A stretch of DNA of 64,000 bases from the IMG/VR virus record IMGVR_UViG_3300045988_141012. The stretch is one strand, 5' to 3'. The DNA comes from a virus. Made by a program: the position numbers and the translations under genes. Each line of letters starts with the position of its first letter. The first letter of the stretch is position 1. The notes under the pieces are model-generated. The model did no database searches. It saw nothing but the letters and a program-made list of their open reading frames with translations, and was not told the origin of the DNA. Shown here in pieces: positions 52,094-62,564 of this stretch.

Positions 52094-52573
52094 TTATCCA
52101 AATGTAATCACTCCGTCGGGATATTTTTCAAAGAATTCTGAAACCTTGTCAAGTTGTTCTTTGGTTAATTTAAAATAATCCTTACGCATCCAACGTCTTA
52201 GATTCCTACGGTTTGTAATTACTTTTCTTGGATAATGTTTAACTCTAAAAATATCTTCATATTCTGGGATATCGACAAACAATCCGCTACGACCTCGTAT
52301 CTCATAAATATAAGCAGAACCATTTAATAATTTTGGATTTCCTGTACCGTAACCAAGTTGCCACCAATACTTTCCATATACACATGGAACATTTTTAATA
52401 AACGATTTCATCAATTGTTTATATAAAAATTCATTGTTTAATCCCAATTCAATATTTTCTTCCGAAGAGCCAGTCAAGTCAAATATTTCTATTGGAGCAT
52501 ATTCTTTCATTAACTGAAATTCTTTATCTGTTATAGGTCTACTGAATGATGTATGACATCCCATTATTTTCAC
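52094..52573 (-). CDS. Hypothetical protein
   Basis: ORF track. Confidence 0.6.
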   Translation of the reverse strand: MKIMGCHTSFSRPITDKEFQLMKEYAPIEIFDLTGSSEENIELGLNNEFLYKQLMKSFIKNVPCVYGKYWWQLGYGTGNPKLLNGSAYIYEIRGRSGLFVDIPEYEDIFRVKHYPRKVITNRRNLRRWMRKDYFKLTKEQLDKVSEFFEKYPDGVITFG

Positions 52574-52609
52574 TCTCCTCTAATCCCTATGAAAGTTTTA
52601 TTTGCAATC

Positions 52610-52846
52610 TTATTCGTCATCTTGCTCCATTGGATAAATATTGCCGTCTTCCGTAACATAATACATTTTAAAGTAAACACCACAATCTTTATCAACAGAG
52701 GTAAGAATTATCTTTACCGGTTTTTCGCCCTCAAAGTCATCAGAAACTTTCACACCCACTTGATTAAGGCTTAAAGTTGTAACCGATACATTATTCGGAT
52801 TTTCACATGCCACTGGCAGAACAACTTTGTTTTTATTTTTCTTCAT
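52610..52846 (-). CDS. Hypothetical protein
   Basis: ORF track. Confidence 0.55.
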   Translation of the reverse strand: MKKNKNKVVLPVACENPNNVSVTTLSLNQVGVKVSDDFEGEKPVKIILTSVDKDCGVYFKMYYVTEDGNIYPMEQDDE

Positions 52847-52848
52847 AT

Positions 52849-53172
52849 TTAATATTCTCCTAACACTAACTCAATATTGTTAATAAAATTTTCATTGCCT
52901 GTCTCTTTCGTCCAACAAACATTTGTACCTCGATATTTCACTTTTCCGTCAGACGGAAGAATACCTATATTAATAAGAAGCTTTTTGATTACTTTTGCTT
53001 GGTCATCAATGTTTTTGATACAACCTTGTCCATGAATATACGAATTTTTAGGAAGAGAAATGTAAATAGTATTTTCACCCACATTCACTCTCTCAACACA
53101 TATTCCATGTTTTAAAAATGTTCCTAATAATGCTCTAAATGTTATTTCATATGCCATAAGCACCTCCGTCAT
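52849..53172 (-). CDS. Hypothetical protein
   Basis: ORF track. Confidence 0.6.
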   Translation of the reverse strand: MTEVLMAYEITFRALLGTFLKHGICVERVNVGENTIYISLPKNSYIHGQGCIKNIDDQAKVIKKLLINIGILPSDGKVKYRGTNVCWTKETGNENFINNIELVLGEY

Positions 53173-53309
53173 GTTTTACTCATTTTTAACCACTATATAT
53201 TGTATTTACATTTTAAATATCATCTATATATAGCATTAAAATCTCTTTGAAATCTCAGTTTCAACCATTAGTCATTTCTTTGGTTTTTAAATTCTTCAAA
53301 TTTGTCTTG

Positions 53310-53576
53310 TTACCAGTCCATAAACTCGTCTTTTGACATTCTTATCATTTGAAATATTATGATAACGCCCGATATGTTTAAAATAGGAACAAACATTAGT
53401 AGGATAAGAGAAATAAATGATCGAATAAACCTAAGATAATATCGAATATTTTTCTTACCTTTAATATCTTCCACATACCCATTTCGTTCCAAAACATTTT
53501 TCGAAAACATCATAACTCCAAAAAATGTAATCATGCACAATATTGAAAATGCAAAATGCAACTTTAATAACCACAT
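53310..53576 (-). CDS. Small membrane protein (2-3 TM)
   Basis: ORF track. Hydrophobic segments FAFSILCMITFFGVMMF and ISLILLMFVPILNISGVIIIF. Confidence 0.6.
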   Translation of the reverse strand: MWLLKLHFAFSILCMITFFGVMMFSKNVLERNGYVEDIKGKKNIRYYLRFIRSFISLILLMFVPILNISGVIIIFQMIRMSKDEFMDW

Positions 53577-53637
53577 ATACTTATTCTCCTTCCTACCAAT
53601 CGCAATGCAATTTTCTATTGGCCTATTACAAATTTCT

Positions 53638-53862
53638 TCATTCCAAGTCCTCCATATTATAATTTTTTCTTATATATTCACACAAATCTTCCATTGTTCT
53701 TTTAATATACCAATCATTCTTGAATAACTTATTAACTCGACAAGTACAAGAATATTTTGATCCATATTTTTTGAAGAATTTTAGATTAACACTAATACTC
53801 AACAACGGCACTTTAGTGAATCCATCCGTTAGCCACTTCTTAAACCACTCCATGATTACCAC
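53638..53862 (-). CDS. Hypothetical protein
   Basis: ORF track. Abuts the HD gene. Confidence 0.55.
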   Translation of the reverse strand: MVIMEWFKKWLTDGFTKVPLLSISVNLKFFKKYGSKYSCTCRVNKLFKNDWYIKRTMEDLCEYIRKNYNMEDLE

Positions 53863-54603
53863 CTATATTTTTGTCAAAAGAGTTCTAAGTGGTTCTCTTG
53901 TTATATTCTCTTTCGCCCACGAGATATAACTTGGATCAGTATGAACAACATCTGTCAATTTTTCACCGCTATGTTTGCCAAAGGTCAATATGTATGTATC
54001 AAGCGATGGTGTTGTATTGGATGTCTCATATCCATTAAACAGAACTTCAATATCTTTTCTACTCGCCAAATAGTCTGCCAAATGAAGAATTTTTTGAAAT
54101 TTATTCGTTGGTAAAGGCAAGACAGTTGAACTTCTTTTATCTGTATTCCATTCGCCCATATGACTTTCGATGGTTGTAGCAATCATTTCAACTTCATCGT
54201 CTGCCAACTCATGACCTCTTAAATTTCGAATAACATCTCCTGCAAGTAATGGATGATTAAATTTTGTGTATTTATTCTTCTGAAAATCTTCATTACTTCC
54301 ACTCTTTCGTGAATCGTGCATCATTCCGGCTACTCTCATTAAATCTTTCTCTCTTTGTGTAAAATTCTCGCCGAAACATTTAACTGCAAAGATGTGATTT
54401 AAGAATCTGACCAATGCACATGTATGTCTTGCCAATCCTAAATCTCCAAGAGCATATTGAGGATGGTATCTTCCCGTACTTGATGCTCCTACATCCCAGA
54501 AATAATCTGGGATTGTTTGGATACATCTTTCTGCGAACTTTCTAATGTCTTCTGACTCAATCGTATCTAAAATTGAATTAAATATACTTGACTTACTATT
54601 CAT
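53863..54603 (-). CDS. HD-domain phosphohydrolase
   Basis: H...HD pattern (RYHPQYA...GMMHDSRK). Confidence 0.7.
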   Translation of the reverse strand: MNSKSSIFNSILDTIESEDIRKFAERCIQTIPDYFWDVGASSTGRYHPQYALGDLGLARHTCALVRFLNHIFAVKCFGENFTQREKDLMRVAGMMHDSRKSGSNEDFQKNKYTKFNHPLLAGDVIRNLRGHELADDEVEMIATTIESHMGEWNTDKRSSTVLPLPTNKFQKILHLADYLASRKDIEVLFNGYETSNTTPSLDTYILTFGKHSGEKLTDVVHTDPSYISWAKENITREPLRTLLTKI

Positions 54604-56941
54604 TTGTTTGAACTGTTTCCTTTCTTATTTTGTTGTTTTCAGCATTTGTCAATGATTCGCCAATCTTTTTGCATATATCTTTCAGCAATTTTTGCATAAA
54701 TGTATTCCTAGCAAAATTCGCCTTCTTCTTAACAGCCAAATTCACCGTATCTACATTACCTAAATGGAAACATTTTTCTTTCATTCTTGTCAATCCAACA
54801 TATATTAGATTCGAATTGAGCATAAATGTATGAGCTTGAGGAGTAAGTAAGATTACAACTTTAATAGAACTGCCTTGTGATTTATGAATTGTGATACAAT
54901 ATCCAAGCCCAACCATTTGCATATCATTTCTAAAATATTTAACTATTACGCCGTCAAAATCAATCAACAAATATTCTTTTTTGATTGCTATAACAACTCC
55001 CGTCTCACCATTTGCAATAAAAGTTTCGTCCATATCTTCATCTAAGCAGAATTCATCATCTACATATAATTGTGCGTGATAATTATTGACATTTTGAATT
55101 ACAAGATCACCTTTATAATAAACCGTATCTCCAATTTTCATATATTCATCGCAGCCATAATTCTTATTGGCAACTTTCTGAATGGCATTATTAATCGAGA
55201 TTGACCCAATGTCACCTTTTTTGTATGCAGTTAATACTTGAATTTCTTCTGCTTTGTAACCTTGAGAAAGTAACTTGCTATATAATGCAACTGCATTTTT
55301 GACCATAATATCACTACCAATGTTCACAAATGCATAATCTTTATTGTCGCCAAACCATGTAAATCGTTCACATACATTATTAAGATACGGTTTACAAAAA
55401 CGGACATCTGTTGCTACTTTCATTAACCCGCCTTCGCCATAACGAAACACCTTTGTTAATGTAACAGTTGGAATAATATGTGATTCCATAAAATCATGTA
55501 ATAAGTTTCCACATGATACTGATGGTAATTGGGCATTGTCTCCAATCAATAATAATTTTGTTCTACTAAAATCAATTGCATCTAATATTCTTTTAAACAA
55601 GAAAATATCTGTCATAGAAAACTCATCAATAATAAGTACATCACAATCAAGTTTATGTTCTTCATTATAACTCCAAGTGTTAGGTGGCATATACCCCAAA
55701 CCTCTATGTATTGTTGTGGCATTTTCTTGCGTGTAATCTGACAGCACTTTTGCAGCTTTGCCAGTTGGTGAAAATAATTTAAATGATTTATTATTGTCTT
55801 TAAGCATATTAATGACTGCTTGTGTACAAAATGATTTTCCTGTACCGCCTGCACCATTAAGAATGCATATGTTATATCTACAAATATTTTTTACAATCTC
55901 TAATTGTTCATCTGACAATTCACAACCATTTACAATATAATATTTTGCACAATCAAAGTCCCATTGATGATGTAGATTAATCAATCCTAACATTATATTC
56001 TCTGCTATATATTTTTCTATTTCATATGTAGACTTCAATGATACAGCCATGGAATCTTTATTGTAATAAATACTTTCATGTTTCATACATTCAACAAAAT
56101 GATTAGAGCATGCCGGAACCATTTTCATACATTGATTTCTTAAATCATTAATTGACATCAATGTATGTCCTTCTTCTTCATTTTTTTCTAAAAGATACAA
56201 CATACACGACAAACATCTATGCTTGCTGGTTTTTAAATCTGTATCAAATTCAATAATAATATCTTTATTATTTTTTTTATTCTCTTTTGATATTTTTTCA
56301 AGTTCTAATAGAATTCCGTCGGCAGTTGTAAACCCAACCTTTGCCAATCCACACAAACATTTATATGGGTCTTCACGAAGTTTTTTCTTTATCATATTAA
56401 CAGAAGTATATTTCTCATATAATTTCTTTAACATGGAAAGACTTAATAAGCCTTGAAACTCAATTACTAACTCAGCCAAGCAAAAATTCTCAATAATTTT
56501 TTCTTTAATAATATTGAATGTGTACTCTTTAATACCAGGCAATTTATTTAAGTCTATATCTTCAAGGCGGTCGTTCATTACCCTGTCAACAATATCAGGG
56601 TAAATTTCATATAATGTGTTTGTCTGTTTCAAAGTGAGTATCTCCTCTAAAAATATATACATATCTGAAGCTGATTTTGGCTTGTCTCTTCTTATATTAA
56701 GAACTTTATAACTATATCCATATTTTGTATTCTGTTCGATTGCTTTGATTTCATATTCTATACCAATTCCTAATTCATGCATTTCTCCTGTTATTGTTGC
56801 GTTTCCGTACTTTGTAAATTTAATTTCTGGGTAAATTTCTTTATCAACATCTAGTGCATAAATTTTATAGTCGCCACCATCATAGGTTTGTCTTATAACT
56901 CTTCCTTTGAAAATAATTTCCTTGTCTTCTTTTTCTTTCAA
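54596..56941 (-). CDS. RecD-like SF1 DNA helicase
   Basis: Walker A NGAGGTGKS, DEFSM (Walker B), and the C-terminal SF1 motif TIHKSQGS. Confidence 0.85.
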   Translation of the reverse strand: MKEKEDKEIIFKGRVIRQTYDGGDYKIYALDVDKEIYPEIKFTKYGNATITGEMHELGIGIEYEIKAIEQNTKYGYSYKVLNIRRDKPKSASDMYIFLEEILTLKQTNTLYEIYPDIVDRVMNDRLEDIDLNKLPGIKEYTFNIIKEKIIENFCLAELVIEFQGLLSLSMLKKLYEKYTSVNMIKKKLREDPYKCLCGLAKVGFTTADGILLELEKISKENKKNNKDIIIEFDTDLKTSKHRCLSCMLYLLEKNEEEGHTLMSINDLRNQCMKMVPACSNHFVECMKHESIYYNKDSMAVSLKSTYEIEKYIAENIMLGLINLHHQWDFDCAKYYIVNGCELSDEQLEIVKNICRYNICILNGAGGTGKSFCTQAVINMLKDNNKSFKLFSPTGKAAKVLSDYTQENATTIHRGLGYMPPNTWSYNEEHKLDCDVLIIDEFSMTDIFLFKRILDAIDFSRTKLLLIGDNAQLPSVSCGNLLHDFMESHIIPTVTLTKVFRYGEGGLMKVATDVRFCKPYLNNVCERFTWFGDNKDYAFVNIGSDIMVKNAVALYSKLLSQGYKAEEIQVLTAYKKGDIGSISINNAIQKVANKNYGCDEYMKIGDTVYYKGDLVIQNVNNYHAQLYVDDEFCLDEDMDETFIANGETGVVIAIKKEYLLIDFDGVIVKYFRNDMQMVGLGYCITIHKSQGSSIKVVILLTPQAHTFMLNSNLIYVGLTRMKEKCFHLGNVDTVNLAVKKKANFARNTFMQKLLKDICKKIGESLTNAENNKIRKETVQTNE

Positions 56942-59900
56942 CTTTTTATCACCTCATACTCCGTTAAGACATCTTCGGTTTCATCTGTTACACTCCATTT
57001 ACCATCAGTAAACTTCTTTTTAAATTCTGGCATAAATTCTTTTATTTTTAATACCGAATATAAGCCAAATGGATTTTCCTTAAATATTTTACTTTGTTTA
57101 ATCCTAGAATGAACTTCTTCACCGGTCTTTATTTTTCGAGCCGTAAAATATGGTTTAGTCGTATCTTTGTAGGTTTTATAATCTACAATAATATAATAGT
57201 CATTTCCAACTTGTTTATTTGTATAAACGACCATCTCAAGATGTTCCTTTTCAAACTTAACCATTTCAATAATACCCATTTCTATATTTTCTAAATTCTT
57301 GCACAATTCTGTAATCAATCCTATATTATCAATACCTTTGAATAAAGAAGGTGTTTCTTTTTCAGAATATTTTTTTGCAATAAATTCTGAAATTCCCAAA
57401 GATTCTAATTTTGATCTGTTAATTTGTTTACATGATGAGAATTTATTATAGATATTTATAACATTAAGAAGATATTTGTTTTTGCCAAACTCAGAGAAGA
57501 AATTAAGACCTGTTAATATTTCTAATTGTCTAGTATTTACAGATGTTTTACTTTTAATATCCGCAATCAATTCAATAAATGAATTATATTTATTGTTTCT
57601 TAATGAATATAATTCATCAGCTATAATACTGTTACAAAATTTGATAGAAGCGATTCCTTGATATATTTTATTATTCTCTTTATCAAATTCATATTCCGCT
57701 CTTGATTTTCTGAATTTAATTGGCTCAATTACATATCCTTTTGATATCGCATATTCTTTTATATTCAATGATTTTTCTTTGTCTGATACATAGATGTTTA
57801 AAGCAGATGTGATAGTTTCTAAAGTATAATAATGTCTAAGATAGGCACAAGCAAAGCCAAGAAATGTGTATGGATCAGCATGGTTTTTTGAGAACAAATA
57901 ATCCGATGCATCAATAATAACTTGCAAGAAATTTCCGATAAGTTTTTCAGCCTCGCCCTTTTCTACTCCATATTCTTCTTTCATTGTTTGCACAAAGCCT
58001 TTAATGTAATGTGTTTTGTTACTAGTTAAATATCCTCCATCTTTTATAATAGGGATATCAGTCTCTGTTCCTGTTTTCTTACTAAAATGTCTTCTAACGA
58101 CATCGGCTTCGCCCATTGTAAATCCACAAAACTTATGTAAAAATTCAATAATCTGTTCTTGATATACCAAATAACCTAATGTTGGAGCAAGGAAATCATT
58201 TAATGCAGGATGTCCATTATCTCTATAAATTCCTTGTGATAATTCTGTTCGATACGATTCGCCTGCCGGTCTAATAGCACCATTTGCCATGCTCATCAAG
58301 TCAATATATGAGAAATTTGGATTATTCTTTTTTATGTTTTTAATTGTAGATTCTCGAAGAATATCTCTAAGGTACGAACCTGCAAAATCTGACTCAAATT
58401 GAAAAATAAGAGTCGTGTCTTTCGAAATATCATCCCATACAGCCTTGTCATTAAAATCAAGATTGTCAGGTGTTAAAAATGGAATATTTGCTGCCTTGCA
58501 AGTCCTATCTATAAGTCCCACACAGTCCAAACCCAACACGTCTAATTTAACATAATTAAGCGAATCAATTTCTTTCATATTTATTTGTGAAATAGGTTTA
58601 TCGTCAGAAGAAATATATAATGTTCCAAATGCCTTGTCCACTTCATGTGGAGAAACCACAAGTCCCGCTGCATGTCTACCCAAAGAAGTGATAGTTCCAG
58701 TGACTATATCAACATATTCGAATAACTGCTTATGTTTTTCTCTAATCTTATCTTCAACAAATTCCTTTTTGTTTTCATCTTCTTGTACTAAATTACACAA
58801 TTCTTGCGTTTCTTGGAGTGTCATTCCTAAAGCTCTGCCAACGTCTTTAATTGCGCCACGCATTTTAATTGTATTAAATGTCACAATATTGCAACAATAT
58901 AAGCCATCTTTTTCAAAAAGATATTTTCTAACTTTCCATCGATCTTCGCTAAACCAATCAGAATCAACGTCAGCAAGACTTATACGTTCTTTATTCATAA
59001 AACGCTCAAAATTCAAGTTATATTTAATACTATCTACATCAGTAATTCCCAAAAGGTATGCTATAATACTTCCCGAAACTGAACCTCTTGAATATCCATA
59101 ATGAACACCTTGTTTTCTAAGTTCTCGCTTGTAATCTTCTTCTAATAGCATAAAGTCAATAGCATCATTATGTTTATACGTTTCAAGTTCATATATAATT
59201 TTATCTTTATATTGCTGAAAATTTTTATATTTATCAACCCCACGTTGCTTTATGCCTTCTAAAATTTTTTGCTTAAATACTGCCATTGAATCGTTGTATA
59301 ATTTAGGATATTTTTTAGAATAATCTAATGAAAATTCTTCAATACTATCAGCCATAACATTTGTATTTTCAATTGCTGTTAGATAGACATTTTTTGATAG
59401 TGCATCTTGTTTTTCATATGCAGACACTAATTCATCATAGGTTTTAAAAGTCAAATCCCAATTACTTTCCGAATCAAAATTAACACCTTTAGACTTCTGC
59501 ATAATTGCTCTACCTCGTAAATGATTATCATTTAAAGCATGTGTATCTGTGCCTGCAATTAGTGGAATGTCGTATTTTTGAGAAATCACATTTAAAAATT
59601 GATTATATTTTATTTGCATATCATCATTGTGATGCTGTATTTCAAGATAGCATCTATCCTTATTTTCAATAAGAAACTTCAAAAATGCCTCTTTAATTTT
59701 AGGTGTGCCACTAGCCAAGATGCCTCCGATACAAGCAGTACATATAATAATATTATTAGAAGTAGACACTAACTCATCAAATGAAATTCGTGGATTGTAA
59801 TAAAAATGTCCATCTCTTTGAAAGGCTTTTGATGATAGGTGATTTAATTCAATTACACCATCATAATTTTTAGCAATCAAAACCACATGATAATTATCTC

Positions 59901-60261
59901 TCTTTTGAGTTCTATTATCTTCAATATATTTTTTAATTTTGACTTGCATTTCTTTCTCATCAGTATCTGCCGTAGATTCATACATTTCATTTGGTATTTC
60001 TGGTTCAAAATACAATTTTTCAGTTACATAAAATTCTTCTGCATGAATATATTTCATTCCGTTTTCTTCTATTTTGTTTTTTTTATGTACCCATTCAAGT
60101 ATTGAACCGTGTTCAGCAAACCCCATTGCTTTCATACCACATTTTTTTGCTGCTTCGATATATTCATAATATTTAGTTACGCTATCAATATTTGTTACAC
60201 CATTTGACAAATCGCTATGTAAATGATATATTGTGTAATTCTTATTCGATATTGTTCTCAT
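56938..60261 (-). CDS. dnaE: DNA polymerase III alpha subunit (DnaE-type) with N-terminal PHP domain
   Basis: PHP motif YHLHSDLSNG...FAEHG. Size 1107 aa. Polymerase core blocks (GYSRGSVSGS, DSDW). Confidence 0.85.
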   Translation of the reverse strand: MRTISNKNYTIYHLHSDLSNGVTNIDSVTKYYEYIEAAKKCGMKAMGFAEHGSILEWVHKKNKIEENGMKYIHAEEFYVTEKLYFEPEIPNEMYESTADTDEKEMQVKIKKYIEDNRTQKRDNYHVVLIAKNYDGVIELNHLSSKAFQRDGHFYYNPRISFDELVSTSNNIIICTACIGGILASGTPKIKEAFLKFLIENKDRCYLEIQHHNDDMQIKYNQFLNVISQKYDIPLIAGTDTHALNDNHLRGRAIMQKSKGVNFDSESNWDLTFKTYDELVSAYEKQDALSKNVYLTAIENTNVMADSIEEFSLDYSKKYPKLYNDSMAVFKQKILEGIKQRGVDKYKNFQQYKDKIIYELETYKHNDAIDFMLLEEDYKRELRKQGVHYGYSRGSVSGSIIAYLLGITDVDSIKYNLNFERFMNKERISLADVDSDWFSEDRWKVRKYLFEKDGLYCCNIVTFNTIKMRGAIKDVGRALGMTLQETQELCNLVQEDENKKEFVEDKIREKHKQLFEYVDIVTGTITSLGRHAAGLVVSPHEVDKAFGTLYISSDDKPISQINMKEIDSLNYVKLDVLGLDCVGLIDRTCKAANIPFLTPDNLDFNDKAVWDDISKDTTLIFQFESDFAGSYLRDILRESTIKNIKKNNPNFSYIDLMSMANGAIRPAGESYRTELSQGIYRDNGHPALNDFLAPTLGYLVYQEQIIEFLHKFCGFTMGEADVVRRHFSKKTGTETDIPIIKDGGYLTSNKTHYIKGFVQTMKEEYGVEKGEAEKLIGNFLQVIIDASDYLFSKNHADPYTFLGFACAYLRHYYTLETITSALNIYVSDKEKSLNIKEYAISKGYVIEPIKFRKSRAEYEFDKENNKIYQGIASIKFCNSIIADELYSLRNNKYNSFIELIADIKSKTSVNTRQLEILTGLNFFSEFGKNKYLLNVINIYNKFSSCKQINRSKLESLGISEFIAKKYSEKETPSLFKGIDNIGLITELCKNLENIEMGIIEMVKFEKEHLEMVVYTNKQVGNDYYIIVDYKTYKDTTKPYFTARKIKTGEEVHSRIKQSKIFKENPFGLYSVLKIKEFMPEFKKKFTDGKWSVTDETEDVLTEYEVIKS

Positions 60262-60267
60262 CTCCTT

Positions 60268-61461
60268 CTACAGTTGCTCCAACCAAGACAAATCTTCTTT
60301 TTCAACTGTATTATTCTCTGTTGACAACTTTTCTTTTTTTACATCTGTTCCTAAACCATCGAAAAAACTTCCCCCATTTTTCTTAGATTCTAGTTTATCT
60401 AAATATAATTTATATGGCTTATGGAGTTTTGGCGAATATGCACATAATGTTGAAAAATAATAACTTTGCTTTGCTACCTGCTCAGGAGAGTCGTAAAAAA
60501 TCATTTCATCATGACTTTCATAATATTTATTCTCCATATTTTCAATCTTATCAATTGTATTTATTATATCTGCCGTCCACCTATCAATTAAGTCTTGTGT
60601 TAAATCAACATAAACTATACAATCATGAAATACAAAATTTGCTTGTACATCTTGAGGCAAACAGTTAATATCATTTGTCTGTGCCAACATATCAAGATAT
60701 TCTATAAGTTTATCTTCATAACCACATTTTTTTAACCACATTTTTGCACTTGATTGTAATTTTGAACCAATCTCACATCTTTCGATTTCTCTTGTTGTCC
60801 ATTTGCCATTAGCCTGTTTACAATCTACTTTTACATATTTTAAAAAGTCCCAACAGATTTTTATTTTCTCAAACGGCACACCCATTTGATGTAATCCAAT
60901 AGCATATACAACCAATTGCCCACATTCATTAAGTGCCTTTTCGCCTTTATAAATACTACTAGTTTTCCAATCTAAAATATTGTAATTGCCGTCTTTATCT
61001 TTATAACATGCATCTATATATCCTTGAAAGACATTTTTGCCAACTAATGCAGTAATAAATTGCTCAATTTGCATTTTGTGAGGAATCATAATATGATGAT
61101 TAAAGAAGTGTTTAAGATTTTTATAATACTTATCAGATATTTTCTTATTTTTTCCAGAGTCATTTCTATCGAACTTTAATTCTGCAATATTAGCAGTAAT
61201 CCATGCATCTTCAAAATCTGAATCCATATTTTCATATTCAATTTTACCCGTGTATAAACTCTCCATAATGTCATGAGCCATACCACCGGTTGTTGTATAA
61301 ATACAATCTTGTCTATCTTCTGGTTTCTTGATTATATATTTTAAATAATACTCATATGGACTATTATGATAAGTATTAAATTTACTCCAACTCCACAAAC
61401 GATTTACATTATATTTCTTTGTTATTTCTTTTAATTCTTCTTTCGTCTTTCTTCCCATCAA
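60268..61461 (-). CDS. PD-(D/E)XK nuclease (RecB/Cas4-like exonuclease)
   Basis: GYIDACYKDKDGNYNILDWKTS (D...D/E-x-K). Confidence 0.7.
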   Translation of the reverse strand: MMGRKTKEELKEITKKYNVNRLWSWSKFNTYHNSPYEYYLKYIIKKPEDRQDCIYTTTGGMAHDIMESLYTGKIEYENMDSDFEDAWITANIAELKFDRNDSGKNKKISDKYYKNLKHFFNHHIMIPHKMQIEQFITALVGKNVFQGYIDACYKDKDGNYNILDWKTSSIYKGEKALNECGQLVVYAIGLHQMGVPFEKIKICWDFLKYVKVDCKQANGKWTTREIERCEIGSKLQSSAKMWLKKCGYEDKLIEYLDMLAQTNDINCLPQDVQANFVFHDCIVYVDLTQDLIDRWTADIINTIDKIENMENKYYESHDEMIFYDSPEQVAKQSYYFSTLCAYSPKLHKPYKLYLDKLESKKNGGSFFDGLGTDVKKEKLSTENNTVEKEDLSWLEQL

Positions 61462-62549
61462 GCACCAACCTTTTTTAAATTTTTTATATGTTTTTTATGT
61501 TCATATTCGTCATAAAGAATTCTATATTCAAATAAATACTCATATATTTTATTGATAGCATCCGCAGGACTATCCTTCTTGTCTAACAAATCATATTTGT
61601 CCCATATATAAGATACTTTTCTTATCCCATAAAACTTTTCACAACAATATCGAATATGTTCAATACTTATATCCTTATCGAATGCTATTATAATTTCGCA
61701 ATTCAATCCAATAAGTATTTTGGCTTGTTCATCTGATATCTCATGACCACTAACTGCAACACCGGTCGGATCATTTAAGCTATCTCTTTTTAAAACTGAT
61801 TTTTCCGCTTCGAAAACGACCACATGCCCTTTTTCTTGGATACTATCTTTGTTCTCCCATAAGCCAAAAAGGTTCATTTGTTTTGGATATCCTGGTGTTA
61901 TATAATATTTTTTTATATCAAATAATTCGTAATTCTCAATTGATGTCCTCATATTAAATCCAAGCAACTCACCAGTTAACCAATATCTTAATGGAATTAC
62001 ATTTCGTTTATATCTATAACTATATGCAAGCCCGAATTTTTTGATAGTCCATGGCATTATTCCTTCTCTAAATAAATCAATATGAATATACGGAACAAAA
62101 TCATGCAATTTGCTTTCGTTTAATATATTGAAATCAAGCACATTTTGTCTTTTTTTTCGTAGTTTAACCTTTTTAAATATATATAGGGGATCATTTTTTT
62201 TCTCTTCTTTATTTTCTTTTTTTAAAGTTAATGGAAGTCCTAATATTTTATGCAAATATTTAATCGTATCAAAAAAAGAAAATTTTTTATCTTTTAGGCT
62301 TTTATTATACTGTACAAGAGTGAGCAAATCCGAATTATCGTCAAAATACTTTTCTCTTGTATAATTTTTGCAGCCTAAATATTCATTATTTTTTATATTG
62401 ATAGCCGTTTTATTATCGCCATCACAATTTGAACAACTATAATATTCTTTGGCTGGGTGGTATAATATATGACCGCACCCAATCTCATTTAAAATAAATT
62501 CAATTTTACCTTTTTGGAAAATATATTTTTTTAACTCCAAAACGGTCAT
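61458..62549 (-). CDS. DNA primase (Zn-binding + TOPRIM)
   Basis: CGH...CSNCDGD zinc site. TOPRIM VVVFEAEKSVL and IIAFDKD. Confidence 0.75.
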   Translation of the reverse strand: MTVLELKKYIFQKGKIEFILNEIGCGHILYHPAKEYYSCSNCDGDNKTAINIKNNEYLGCKNYTREKYFDDNSDLLTLVQYNKSLKDKKFSFFDTIKYLHKILGLPLTLKKENKEEKKNDPLYIFKKVKLRKKRQNVLDFNILNESKLHDFVPYIHIDLFREGIMPWTIKKFGLAYSYRYKRNVIPLRYWLTGELLGFNMRTSIENYELFDIKKYYITPGYPKQMNLFGLWENKDSIQEKGHVVVFEAEKSVLKRDSLNDPTGVAVSGHEISDEQAKILIGLNCEIIIAFDKDISIEHIRYCCEKFYGIRKVSYIWDKYDLLDKKDSPADAINKIYEYLFEYRILYDEYEHKKHIKNLKKVGA

Positions 62550-62564
62550 ATAATACTCACCACC

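Noticed and set aside
58634-59101. 155-aa + strand ORF inside dnaE
   Set aside because: It is antisense to a clearly conserved polymerase gene and has a Ser/Leu-rich translation.
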